This document shows positions 39,342 to 47,898 of a stretch of DNA of 64,000 nt, piece by piece. The DNA lies in the NCBI GenBank assembly GCA_963765575.1, contig CAVXWZ010000002.1, forward strand, positions 32,001 through 96,000, written 5' to 3'. Source of the stretch: an uncultured cyanobacterium. GTDB lineage: Bacteria > Cyanobacteriota > Cyanobacteriia > PCC-6307 > Cyanobiaceae. Numbering within the stretch: position 1 is the stretch's first letter; each line of letters opens with the position of its first letter. Below the pieces are notes generated by a model that worked only from the letters and a program-made list of their open reading frames with translations, was not told the DNA's origin and did not search any database. The position numbers were made by a program, and so were the translations under genes.

Positions 39342-40398
39342 CCCGGTCACCAGCCTGCCGCTGAATCTGCAACTGCCGCTCGCCGGTCTGATCCTCAGCC
39401 TGATCAGCCTGGTGGTGATCAATGTGCTGGCGCGGCGGCTGGAACGCGGTGGCCTCGCCCGCGGCCTGCTGCTCTCGGCGCGGATCAGCATCAGCGCCAC
39501 GATCCTGCTCTGCGCCCTGGGCTGGTGGGCGGGATCACTGCTGTCCCCGCGTCTGATCAACCTGCCCCAGAACGGCCGCGAGATCCGCGACCTGCTGCTG
39601 CTGCTGGGCGTGGCCTGGACGCTGCTGCGCTGGAAGGGGGAGATCGCCGCCAACAGTGGCAGCTACGCCGCCCAGGCGCTGCCGGCGATGGCCAGCAAGG
39701 ACCGCATCTTCCTGTTCGATGTGCTCAGCAAGCTGATCGGCATCGCCGCCCTGGTGATCCTGGCGCTGGAAGTGATGCGGATTCTGGGCGTCTCAGCGGC
39801 GGTGCTGATCACCGCCGGCGGCTTCGGTGCCGCGGCGGTGGGCTTCGGGGCCCAGGGGATCGTGTCGAACTCGCTGAGCGGCCTGATCCTCTACATCAAC
39901 CGCCCCTTCGTGATCGGCGATTTCATCGAGATCCCCAACGAAACCCTGCTGGGCACGGTGGAGCACATCGGCTGGTTCTACACCCGGCTGCGCTCCCTCG
40001 AGCGCCAGCCGGTGTTCGTGCCCAACAACATCTTTTCGACCAATCCGGTGATCAACATCGCCGAGACGGACAATCGCCGCATCTGGATCGAATTCGGCCT
40101 CACCTACGGCGACCGCAACGGCATCGAGCCGATCGTGGCTGAGCTGGAGCGCATCCTGGCTGCCCATCCCCAGGTGGATCAGGAGAAGGCCAGCGCGGTG
40201 AACTTCGTCGGCTATGGCGAGTCGAGCCTGAATCTGCGCCTGTTCTGCCACGGCAACAGCGGCGACATCCTCGACGCCTGGGCCCTGCAGCAGAACCTGC
40301 TGCTGGCGATCGGTGACGTGGTGGAACGCCAGGGCGCCTCCATGCCCTTCCCCACCCGCACGCTCATACAAGCTCCGGATGGGCCGGATCGCCCTTGA
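39334..40398 (+). CDS. small-conductance mechanosensitive channel (MscS family)
   Basis: GFGAQGIVSN, RPFVIGDFI, GTVEHIGW, VPNN, GESSLN, FPTRT. Confidence 0.9.
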   Translation: MPDPVTSLPLNLQLPLAGLILSLISLVVINVLARRLERGGLARGLLLSARISISATILLCALGWWAGSLLSPRLINLPQNGREIRDLLLLLGVAWTLLRWKGEIAANSGSYAAQALPAMASKDRIFLFDVLSKLIGIAALVILALEVMRILGVSAAVLITAGGFGAAAVGFGAQGIVSNSLSGLILYINRPFVIGDFIEIPNETLLGTVEHIGWFYTRLRSLERQPVFVPNNIFSTNPVINIAETDNRRIWIEFGLTYGDRNGIEPIVAELERILAAHPQVDQEKASAVNFVGYGESSLNLRLFCHGNSGDILDAWALQQNLLLAIGDVVERQGASMPFPTRTLIQAPDGPDRP

Positions 40399-40876
40399 AC
40401 GGCCCCTCCACGCTGGAGGTGATCCAGCCGCCGTAGAAGCCGCCGGGCTGGGGGAGCACCGCCTCTCCGTCCACCCAGCAGCCATCCATCAACGCCGGGT
40501 ACACGGCAATCCAGCCGGCCAGGGGGGCGAAGGGGGCGGTGGGCTCGGGGTAACACCAGGCGGCGCGGCGCAGTCGCCGCTCGTTCGCAGCGCCGGGATC
40601 GCGCACCACATCGAAGTAGCGGGCCACGCCCTTCCACTCGCAGAAGCTGGCCCCGGGGCAGGGTTGCAGCAGCTCGGCCGCCACGGCCTCAGGCGGCAGG
40701 TAATAGGTGGGGGGATGGAAGGTCTCCAGCACCCGCAGGCAGCGGCGGCTCTCCGCCAGCACCAGGCCCAGGGCCTCCACCCGCACCAGTTCCGTGCTGG
40801 CCACCAGGGCCGGCGGCCGCGGATAGTCACTCGCCCGCTCCCGCTCCAGACCGTTCCACGGTTCTGTGCTCCCCAT
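40364..40876 (-). CDS. DUF427 family protein
   Basis: [35 protein letters not shown]. Confidence 0.87.
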   Translation of the reverse strand: MGSTEPWNGLERERASDYPRPPALVASTELVRVEALGLVLAESRRCLRVLETFHPPTYYLPPEAVAAELLQPCPGASFCEWKGVARYFDVVRDPGAANERRLRRAAWCYPEPTAPFAPLAGWIAVYPALMDGCWVDGEAVLPQPGGFYGGWITSSVEGPFKGDPAHPELV

Positions 40877-40897
40877 TCGCTGGCCCCGGCCACGACA

Positions 40898-41512
40898 ATG
40901 GTCAGCATGGCCAACCCCTCCCCCGTTCGGCAGGGTCGAGGTCTGGATCGCCTCCTGACCCGCCTCGGCGGCACCGCAGTGATTCCCCTGCTGATCCTCT
41001 CGGTGGCCTGGAGCCAGGAACTGATCGATCAGGTCGTCTTCGGGGGGCGATGGAACCTTCCCATGCTCCCGGGGGGGTCGTTCCTGGGGGTCCTCACCGC
41101 ACCGTTCAGCCATGGGGATCTGGGACATCTGTTGGGGAACAGCCTCTGGTTCCTGCCGCTGTCCTGGCTGGTGCTGCTCAAGAGCTGGCACGATTACCTG
41201 GCTGTCTGGGTGGGGGTGTACCTGATGGCGATCCCGGTGTGGCTGTTCTCCAGCAATGGAAGCCATGGGCTCTCAGGGGTGGTCTTCGCCCTGGTGGGCT
41301 ACCTGGTGGTGATCGGGTTCCTGGAGCGGCGTCCCCTGCCCCTGCTGCTCTCACTGTTCAGCCTGGTGAGCTATGGCGGTTTCCTGCCGGGCCTGCTGCC
41401 CTTCTTCACCCCGGTTGGGGTGAGCTGGGTGGGCCACCTGAGCGGCTTCGCCGGTGGGGTGCTCGCGGCCCTGGCGGTCTACCGGGAACCGGGGCAGGCG
41501 GCCCGGAGATGA
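40898..41512 (+). CDS. rhomboid intramembrane serine protease
   Basis: [14 protein letters not shown], catalytic [12 protein letters not shown]. Confidence 0.88.
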   Translation: MVSMANPSPVRQGRGLDRLLTRLGGTAVIPLLILSVAWSQELIDQVVFGGRWNLPMLPGGSFLGVLTAPFSHGDLGHLLGNSLWFLPLSWLVLLKSWHDYLAVWVGVYLMAIPVWLFSSNGSHGLSGVVFALVGYLVVIGFLERRPLPLLLSLFSLVSYGGFLPGLLPFFTPVGVSWVGHLSGFAGGVLAALAVYREPGQAARR

Positions 41513-41519
41513 GGCGCTG

Positions 41520-41795
41520 ATGTCCTGCCCCCGCTGCGGAAGCTGGGAAGTTCGGCGCGACCGCAGCCTGGCCGGTCGCATGGTCTGTGGCCGCTGCAGC
41601 CTGCCGCTTGGGCCCAGCGCCAGCCAGGGAACCGGTGGATCGCGCCGCCTCAACCTGCTGCAGGGTGGCCGGGGCCAGCGACGGCACTGGCTGCTGCCCA
41701 TGGCCTTGATGCTGGGCCTCGGCGCCCTTCTGGCCTGGCTGAGCGAGCAGCCGCAGCCGAGTCGAGCTCCCTTCGGCCAGGAGCTAGTGCGCTGA
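41520..41795 (+). CDS. small Zn-ribbon protein with a C-terminal TM helix
   Basis: CPRC...CGRC followed by hydrophobic WLLPMALMLGLGALLAWL. Confidence 0.7.
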   Translation: MSCPRCGSWEVRRDRSLAGRMVCGRCSLPLGPSASQGTGGSRRLNLLQGGRGQRRHWLLPMALMLGLGALLAWLSEQPQPSRAPFGQELVR

Positions 41796-41806
41796 GGGCA
41801 GGGCCG

Positions 41807-42052
41807 TCAGCCGGGGATGAACGTGCGCAGGCGGCGGGCTTCGAGGCCGGCACGCTGCTGCAGCTCCACGTCGCTCAGCTGGGCCTCCTCCCGCTGCTGG
41901 GCGGCGAGCACATCACGCTCCTCGAGGGGGAACCCCTCCTGGCGCGCCAGCTGCAGGAAGGCCTCCAGGTCGAGCGGCTGCTGCAGGCGCTCCTGCAGGG
42001 GAGCTGAGCAGCGGGCGTGGAGCAGGAAGGCATCCAGGTGCTCAAGGCTCAC
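41807..42052 (-). CDS. Nif11-like leader peptide family protein
   Basis: SLEHLDAFL...LQERL...LARQEGF...LSDVELQQRAG; GTG start. Confidence 0.75.
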   Translation of the reverse strand: MSLEHLDAFLLHARCSAPLQERLQQPLDLEAFLQLARQEGFPLEERDVLAAQQREEAQLSDVELQQRAGLEARRLRTFIPG

Positions 42053-42107
42053 GGGAGGGGATCCAGGTGACCTCCGTACTAGCCCAACCTGGGGCCCATC
42101 GGCGAAT

Positions 42108-42893
42108 TCAGGCGCCAGGCGGGCCATCGGAGTCCTTCCCGGCGGCGTTGCCTGCGGCATAGCGCCCGATCAGCAATCCCATCACCACGGCGATGTAGAT
42201 CGGGCCGATCACGCTGAAAGCCACGGCACTCATCTGGGAGAGCGGCGTGGTGGCCAGCACGTCACCGAAGCCCACCGTGCTCAGGCAAACGAAGGCGAAG
42301 TAGTTGAGGAGGGTGAAATCCAGCCGCTTCACCAGGGCGCTGGACTGGCTGATCGGGCCGGTGTGGAACAGCGGCGATTCGGGATGGTGCAGGCTGATGA
42401 AACTATCTGGCTGGATCGTCTCCAGCCCCGTGAACAGCAGACCGGCGGTGAGGCCCAGCAGCAGATAGCCCGAGATGGCCCCCATCAGCACCTGTCCGTT
42501 CACCTGCTGTTCCTCGGCGAGAAATCCCACCAGACGCAGCACGCTCCAGCCTGCGAACAGGGTGGTGAGCACGAGCATGGGCCAGCCGCTTTCACGGTGC
42601 CCCAAGGGGGTCAGGAACCAGAACCACTGGGCCAGCAGAGCCGCCAGGCCGAGCAGCCGAAAAGGACGATCCAGGGGATTGCGCTTGCCGCCATGACGAA
42701 TCGAACCCTCCAGTTCCACCATCAGCAACAGGGTGGCCAGGCTGTAGCCGATCTCGACCGGGGTATGGAGGGTCCTGGGCAGGGCCAGGGAGACCATCAC
42801 GAACACGGTCACCAGCAGCAGGTGCCGGTAGAAGCGATGACGGCGCCAAAGGCGTGACTCGCTGGAATGGCTGGCGCGGAAAGGAAAGCGCAA
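42108..42893 (-). CDS. potassium channel family (Ion_trans_2) protein; start uncertain
   Basis: TM helices, YFAFVCLSTVGFGDV selectivity filter. Confidence 0.85.
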   Translation of the reverse strand: MRFPFRASHSSESRLWRRHRFYRHLLLVTVFVMVSLALPRTLHTPVEIGYSLATLLLMVELEGSIRHGGKRNPLDRPFRLLGLAALLAQWFWFLTPLGHRESGWPMLVLTTLFAGWSVLRLVGFLAEEQQVNGQVLMGAISGYLLLGLTAGLLFTGLETIQPDSFISLHHPESPLFHTGPISQSSALVKRLDFTLLNYFAFVCLSTVGFGDVLATTPLSQMSAVAFSVIGPIYIAVVMGLLIGRYAAGNAAGKDSDGPPGA

Positions 42894-42979
42894 GGGAATC
42901 AGCGGAGCTGGCGAAGAGAGGTGATCAGGCAGGGATCCAGTGCTGCATTGTGACGAAGGCCAGGAGCTGAGCCAGCCCT

Positions 42980-43612
42980 TCAGCCGAAGAAGGAGAGCTG
43001 CTCCCTGGAGCGTGGCGGCGGGACCGCCTCCCAGCCACTGGGATCCCAGCCACTGAGCAGGGGTTGGAGAGCCCGCAGGCCGGCCCCGTCGGCGGCAGCC
43101 AGCCACTGGCTTTCAGCCCCCTCCGGGATCACCACCGGCATGCGCCCGTGGATGGGGGCGATCAGGGCATTGGGCTGGGTGGTGAGCACACAGCAGCTGT
43201 CCAGCTGCTCGCCATCGGCCCCCAGCCAGCGCTCCCACAGCCCCCCCAGCCAGAACGGCAGCCCGTCGCGGCGGGCAACGCGCCAGCCGCTCTCAACGAA
43301 GGCATCGGCGGGGATCAGGCAGCGCCGGTGGCGCCAGGGGCCGCGGAAACTCGGCTTCGCCGCCACCGTCTCACTGCGGGCGTTGATCGGCCGCGGCGAT
43401 CCCCGCGGATCGCGCACCCAGGCGGGCAACAGCCCCCAGAGCGCCAGATCCACCCGCGGCTGCTCCTGCTCCAGACGCTGGATCAGCAGCGGCTCGCCGG
43501 GCCGGATCAGGGGCCGGGGGGCGTAGTGCCGCTCCAGGCCCGCGGGCAGGGGCCCCCGCAGCCGGGGCAGGAGAGCATCAAGGCGGCTGGTGAGGGAGTA
43601 GCGACCACACAT
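42980..43612 (-). CDS. SRAP/HMCES (YedK-like) abasic-site protecting protein
   Basis: MCGRY N-terminus, WGLLP, INARSET, RCLIPADAF, IHGRMPV. Confidence 0.92.
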   Translation of the reverse strand: MCGRYSLTSRLDALLPRLRGPLPAGLERHYAPRPLIRPGEPLLIQRLEQEQPRVDLALWGLLPAWVRDPRGSPRPINARSETVAAKPSFRGPWRHRRCLIPADAFVESGWRVARRDGLPFWLGGLWERWLGADGEQLDSCCVLTTQPNALIAPIHGRMPVVIPEGAESQWLAAADGAGLRALQPLLSGWDPSGWEAVPPPRSREQLSFFG

Positions 43613-43787
43613 CGCCCCGGTGCTCCTGCGCCCCTGCGGGCCAACGGCTGCGGGGCAGTCTGGCGCGGTTGCCGGGCCCCAGGCAGGCGACCTCAGGGGC
43701 AGGTTGGGCGATTCGGTTCTCCCACCCCCGCAGTGGATCGTCAGACTCGGCTCAGGCCTAGTTTGGGTCGAGTCTTCCGTCCGCGCC

Positions 43788-45671
43788 ATGCCCATCCGCC
43801 AGGACGACAACCGCCCGACGCGCCGCTTCGGTGTGATCAACCTGTTACTGATCGGCTTCGGTGTGCTGTTGCTGGTCAGCAATTTCCTACCCAACAACGC
43901 CACCCAGGTGCCGCGGGTTCCCTACTCACTATTCATCGATCAGGTGAACGACGACGACGTCAAGCGCGCCTTCATCACCCAGGATCAGATCCGCTACGAG
44001 CTCAAGGAGGCCCCGGCCGAAGGCGCTCCCATGGTGCTCGCCACCACGCCGATCTTCGACATGGATCTGCCCCAGCGGCTGGAGCAGCACGGGGTGGAGT
44101 TCGCCGCCGCACCACCGCAGAAACCCAATATCTTCACCACCCTGCTGAGCTGGGTGGTGCCGCCGCTGATCTTCATCCTTGTGCTGCAGTTCTTCGCCCG
44201 CCGCGGCGGCATGGGTGGCGGCGCCCAGGGGGCTCTGAGCTTCACCAAGAGCAAGGCCAAGGTCTACGTGCCCGACGAGGAATCGCGGGTCACCTTCGCC
44301 GATGTGGCCGGCGTGGATGAGGCCAAGGCCGAGCTCACCGAAATCGTGGATTTCCTCAAGAAGCCCGAGCGCTACACCGCCATCGGTGCCCGCATCCCCA
44401 AGGGCGTGCTGCTGGTGGGCCCTCCAGGCACCGGTAAGACCCTGCTCTCCAAAGCGGTGGCCGGTGAGGCCGAGGTGCCGTTCTTCATCATCTCCGGCTC
44501 AGAATTCGTGGAGCTGTTCGTGGGCGCCGGCGCCGCCCGGGTGAGGGATCTGTTCGAAGAGGCCAAGAAGAAGGCCCCCTGCATCATCTTTATCGACGAA
44601 CTTGACGCCATCGGCAAGAGCCGCTCCGGCTCAATGGGAGTGGTGGGCGGCAACGACGAGCGCGAGCAGACCCTCAACCAGCTGCTCACCGAGATGGATG
44701 GCTTCGCCGCCCAGGACAAGCCGGTGATCGTGCTGGCCGCCACCAACCAGCCCGACACCCTCGATGCCGCCCTGCTGCGTCCAGGCCGTTTCGACCGCCA
44801 GGTGCTGGTCGACCGCCCCGACCTCTCGGGCCGCCGCACCATCCTGGACATCTACGCCAAGAAGGTGAAGCTGGCCGAAGGGGTGGACCTCGATCGCATC
44901 GCCCAGGCCACCGCCGGCTTCGCCGGGGCCGACCTGGCCAACCTGGTCAACGAGGGGGCCCTGCTGGCGGCCCGCAACATGCGCACCGCCGTGGAGCAGG
45001 GCGACCTCAACGAGGCGATCGAGCGCGTGGTGGCCGGCCTGGAGAAAAAGAGCCGGGTGCTGCAAGCCGACGAGAAGAAGGTGGTGGCCTATCACGAGGT
45101 GGGCCACGCGATCGTGGGGCACCTGATGCCCGGCGGCAGCAAGGTGGCCAAGATCTCGATCGTGCCCCGGGGCATGAGCGCCCTCGGCTACACCCTGCAG
45201 CTGCCCACCGAAGAGCGTTTCCTCAACTCCAAGGAGGATCTCGAGGGTCAGATCACCACCCTGCTCGGGGGCCGCAGCGCTGAAGAGGTGGTGTTCGGGG
45301 AGGTCACCACCGGCGCCGCCAACGACCTGCAGCGCGCCACCGACATCGCCGAACAGATGGTGGGCACCTACGGCATGAGCGAGACCCTCGGCCCCCTGGC
45401 CTACGACAAGCAGGGCGGCAGCCGCTTCCTGGGGGGCCCCAGCAACCCCCGCCGCGTGGTCAGCGACTCCACCGCCCAGGCGATCGACAAGGAGGTGCGG
45501 GGCCTGGTGGACCGGGCCCATGACCGGGCTGTGGCGATCCTGGGCCACAACCGCGACCTGCTCGAGACGATCTCCCAGAAAATCCTCGACAAGGAGGTGA
45601 TCGAGGGCGACGAACTGCGCGACCTGCTGGCCAGCAGCACCCTGCCCCAGGAGGCAGCGCTGGCGGCCTGA
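43788..45671 (+). CDS. ftsH: ATP-dependent zinc metalloprotease FtsH
   Basis: Two TM segments, [28 protein letters not shown]. Confidence 0.97.
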   Translation: MPIRQDDNRPTRRFGVINLLLIGFGVLLLVSNFLPNNATQVPRVPYSLFIDQVNDDDVKRAFITQDQIRYELKEAPAEGAPMVLATTPIFDMDLPQRLEQHGVEFAAAPPQKPNIFTTLLSWVVPPLIFILVLQFFARRGGMGGGAQGALSFTKSKAKVYVPDEESRVTFADVAGVDEAKAELTEIVDFLKKPERYTAIGARIPKGVLLVGPPGTGKTLLSKAVAGEAEVPFFIISGSEFVELFVGAGAARVRDLFEEAKKKAPCIIFIDELDAIGKSRSGSMGVVGGNDEREQTLNQLLTEMDGFAAQDKPVIVLAATNQPDTLDAALLRPGRFDRQVLVDRPDLSGRRTILDIYAKKVKLAEGVDLDRIAQATAGFAGADLANLVNEGALLAARNMRTAVEQGDLNEAIERVVAGLEKKSRVLQADEKKVVAYHEVGHAIVGHLMPGGSKVAKISIVPRGMSALGYTLQLPTEERFLNSKEDLEGQITTLLGGRSAEEVVFGEVTTGAANDLQRATDIAEQMVGTYGMSETLGPLAYDKQGGSRFLGGPSNPRRVVSDSTAQAIDKEVRGLVDRAHDRAVAILGHNRDLLETISQKILDKEVIEGDELRDLLASSTLPQEAALAA

Positions 45672-45748
45672 GCAGCCTCGGCCCACCGGGCTCGATGCTT
45701 GACGTTGGGCCCCTCGATCGCGCATAAGTGTTGTTTGCCGTGGCCTCG

Positions 45749-46714
<966 letters not shown>

Positions 46715-46771
46715 GCGGCAGCTGAGCGGCAGGCGGCCGAGCGGCGGGGCTGGACAAAGCGCCCACCAGGG

Positions 46772-46785
46772 GGTACATCTGTATC
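46772..46785. promoter_or_regulatory. cyanobacterial LexA box upstream of lexA
   Basis: GGTACATCTGTATC is close to the cyanobacterial RGTAC-N4-GTWCY palindrome and lies immediately 5' of lexA. Confidence 0.75.
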
Positions 46786-46807
46786 AGTGTTGGTGTTCCT
46801 GCAGGCC

Positions 46808-47443
46808 GTGGTGATCTCCCCTTTCCGATCCCGCTCCGGGCGCCAGGAGCTCACCGCGGCCCAGCAGGAGCTTTATGACTGGCTGGCCGACTACATCGGC
46901 CAGCACCGCCACAGCCCCTCGATCCGCCAGATGATGCAGGCGATGGGGCTGCGCTCTCCGGCGCCGGTCCAGAGCCGGCTGCGCCACCTGCAGCAGAAGG
47001 GCTGGCTCACCTGGGAGGAGGGTCAGGCCCGCACCCTGCAGCTGCTCGGCCAGGAGGCCGCCGGCGTGCCCGTGCTGGGGGCGGTGGCGGCCGGCGGCCT
47101 GGTGGAAACCTTCGACGACGTGCAGGAGCATCTCGATCTGCAGGCGCTGATGGGCGGCCGCGAGCTCTTCGCCCTCAGCGTCAACGGCGACTCGATGGAG
47201 GGCGCCCACATCGCCGATGGCGATCTGGTGCTGATGGAACCGGTCCACGACCCGGCGCGGCTGCGCCCCGGCACGATCGTGAGCGCCCTGGTGCCCGGCA
47301 GCGGCACCACCTTGAAGCACTTCCATCGCCAGGGGAACACCGTGACCCTGGAGGCCGCCAACCCGGCCTACGCCCCGATCGTGGTGCCGGCCGACCAGGT
47401 GACGGTGCAGGGCCGGCTGGTGGCGGTGTGGCGCCAGCTGTGA
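46808..47443 (+). CDS. lexA: SOS repressor LexA (start between 46787 and 46811)
   Basis: HTH SPSIRQMM..LRSP, Ala-Gly cleavage site VAAG, catalytic Ser (GDSM) and Lys (TLKH). Confidence 0.95.
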   Translation: MVISPFRSRSGRQELTAAQQELYDWLADYIGQHRHSPSIRQMMQAMGLRSPAPVQSRLRHLQQKGWLTWEEGQARTLQLLGQEAAGVPVLGAVAAGGLVETFDDVQEHLDLQALMGGRELFALSVNGDSMEGAHIADGDLVLMEPVHDPARLRPGTIVSALVPGSGTTLKHFHRQGNTVTLEAANPAYAPIVVPADQVTVQGRLVAVWRQL

Positions 47444-47496
47444 GGCCCCAGACAGGCCAGGGTGTAATCTCCACAAGCGGAACATCCGCAACAAAT

Positions 47497-47569
47497 GGGG
47501 CCATAGCTCAGCTGGTAGAGCACCTGCATGGCATGCAGGGGGTCAGCGGTTCGAATCCGCTTGGCTCCA
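47497..47569 (+). tRNA. tRNA-Ala(GGC)
   Basis: GGGGCCA/TGGCTCC acceptor stem with G3-U70, anticodon arm CCTGC-ATGGCAT-GCAGG, TTCGAAT T loop; CCA not encoded. Confidence 0.97.
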
Positions 47570-47587
47570 TTCAGAGGTTCAACTCTT

Positions 47588-47829
47588 CCCACCTGGCAAT
47601 AACGAGCTTCCCCTGCTGTCAGGTGTGGGCTTGACCAGGTCAATAGCACGTTTCAATTACCTCATGATTGGGTCAATCCCTTAATGGCGCGACAGGCCTT
47701 ATAAAGGCACTGCCTGAAGGATTCGGCCACCAAGCTTGAGCGCCTGAGCCCATCAGGCAGTGGCGATGATGTTCAGATGGCTTGCGCTCAGCGCTGGGCA
47801 CCTGTTGAGCACCGAGGCCATCTGAAGTC
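47588..47829 (+). other. non-coding multi-hairpin region downstream of tRNA-Ala (possible ncRNA or element remnant)
   Basis: Three long stems and three short palindromes in about 240 bp with lower GC than the flanks. Confidence 0.45.
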
Positions 47830-47898
47830 TTCAGCCTCCGGCTGTCCCAGGGCGAGATGGGCCCTCTCCCCTCTGCGCGCCACGCCGTTCTCCCCAGC

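Noticed and set aside
41807..42052. Lanthipeptide (prochlorosin-like) biosynthetic cluster
   Set aside because: The putative core has no Cys and no modifying or export genes are adjacent
43741..43776. CIRCE element upstream of ftsH
   Set aside because: The arms only loosely resemble TTAGCACTC/GAGTGCTAA and the spacer is 21 nt, not 9
47570..47898. Retron msr-msd, integron attC array or prophage att site
   Set aside because: No reverse transcriptase or integrase in the window, no clear RYYYAAC/GTTRRRY ends and no duplicated tRNA 3' end seen; kept only as an unexplained structured region
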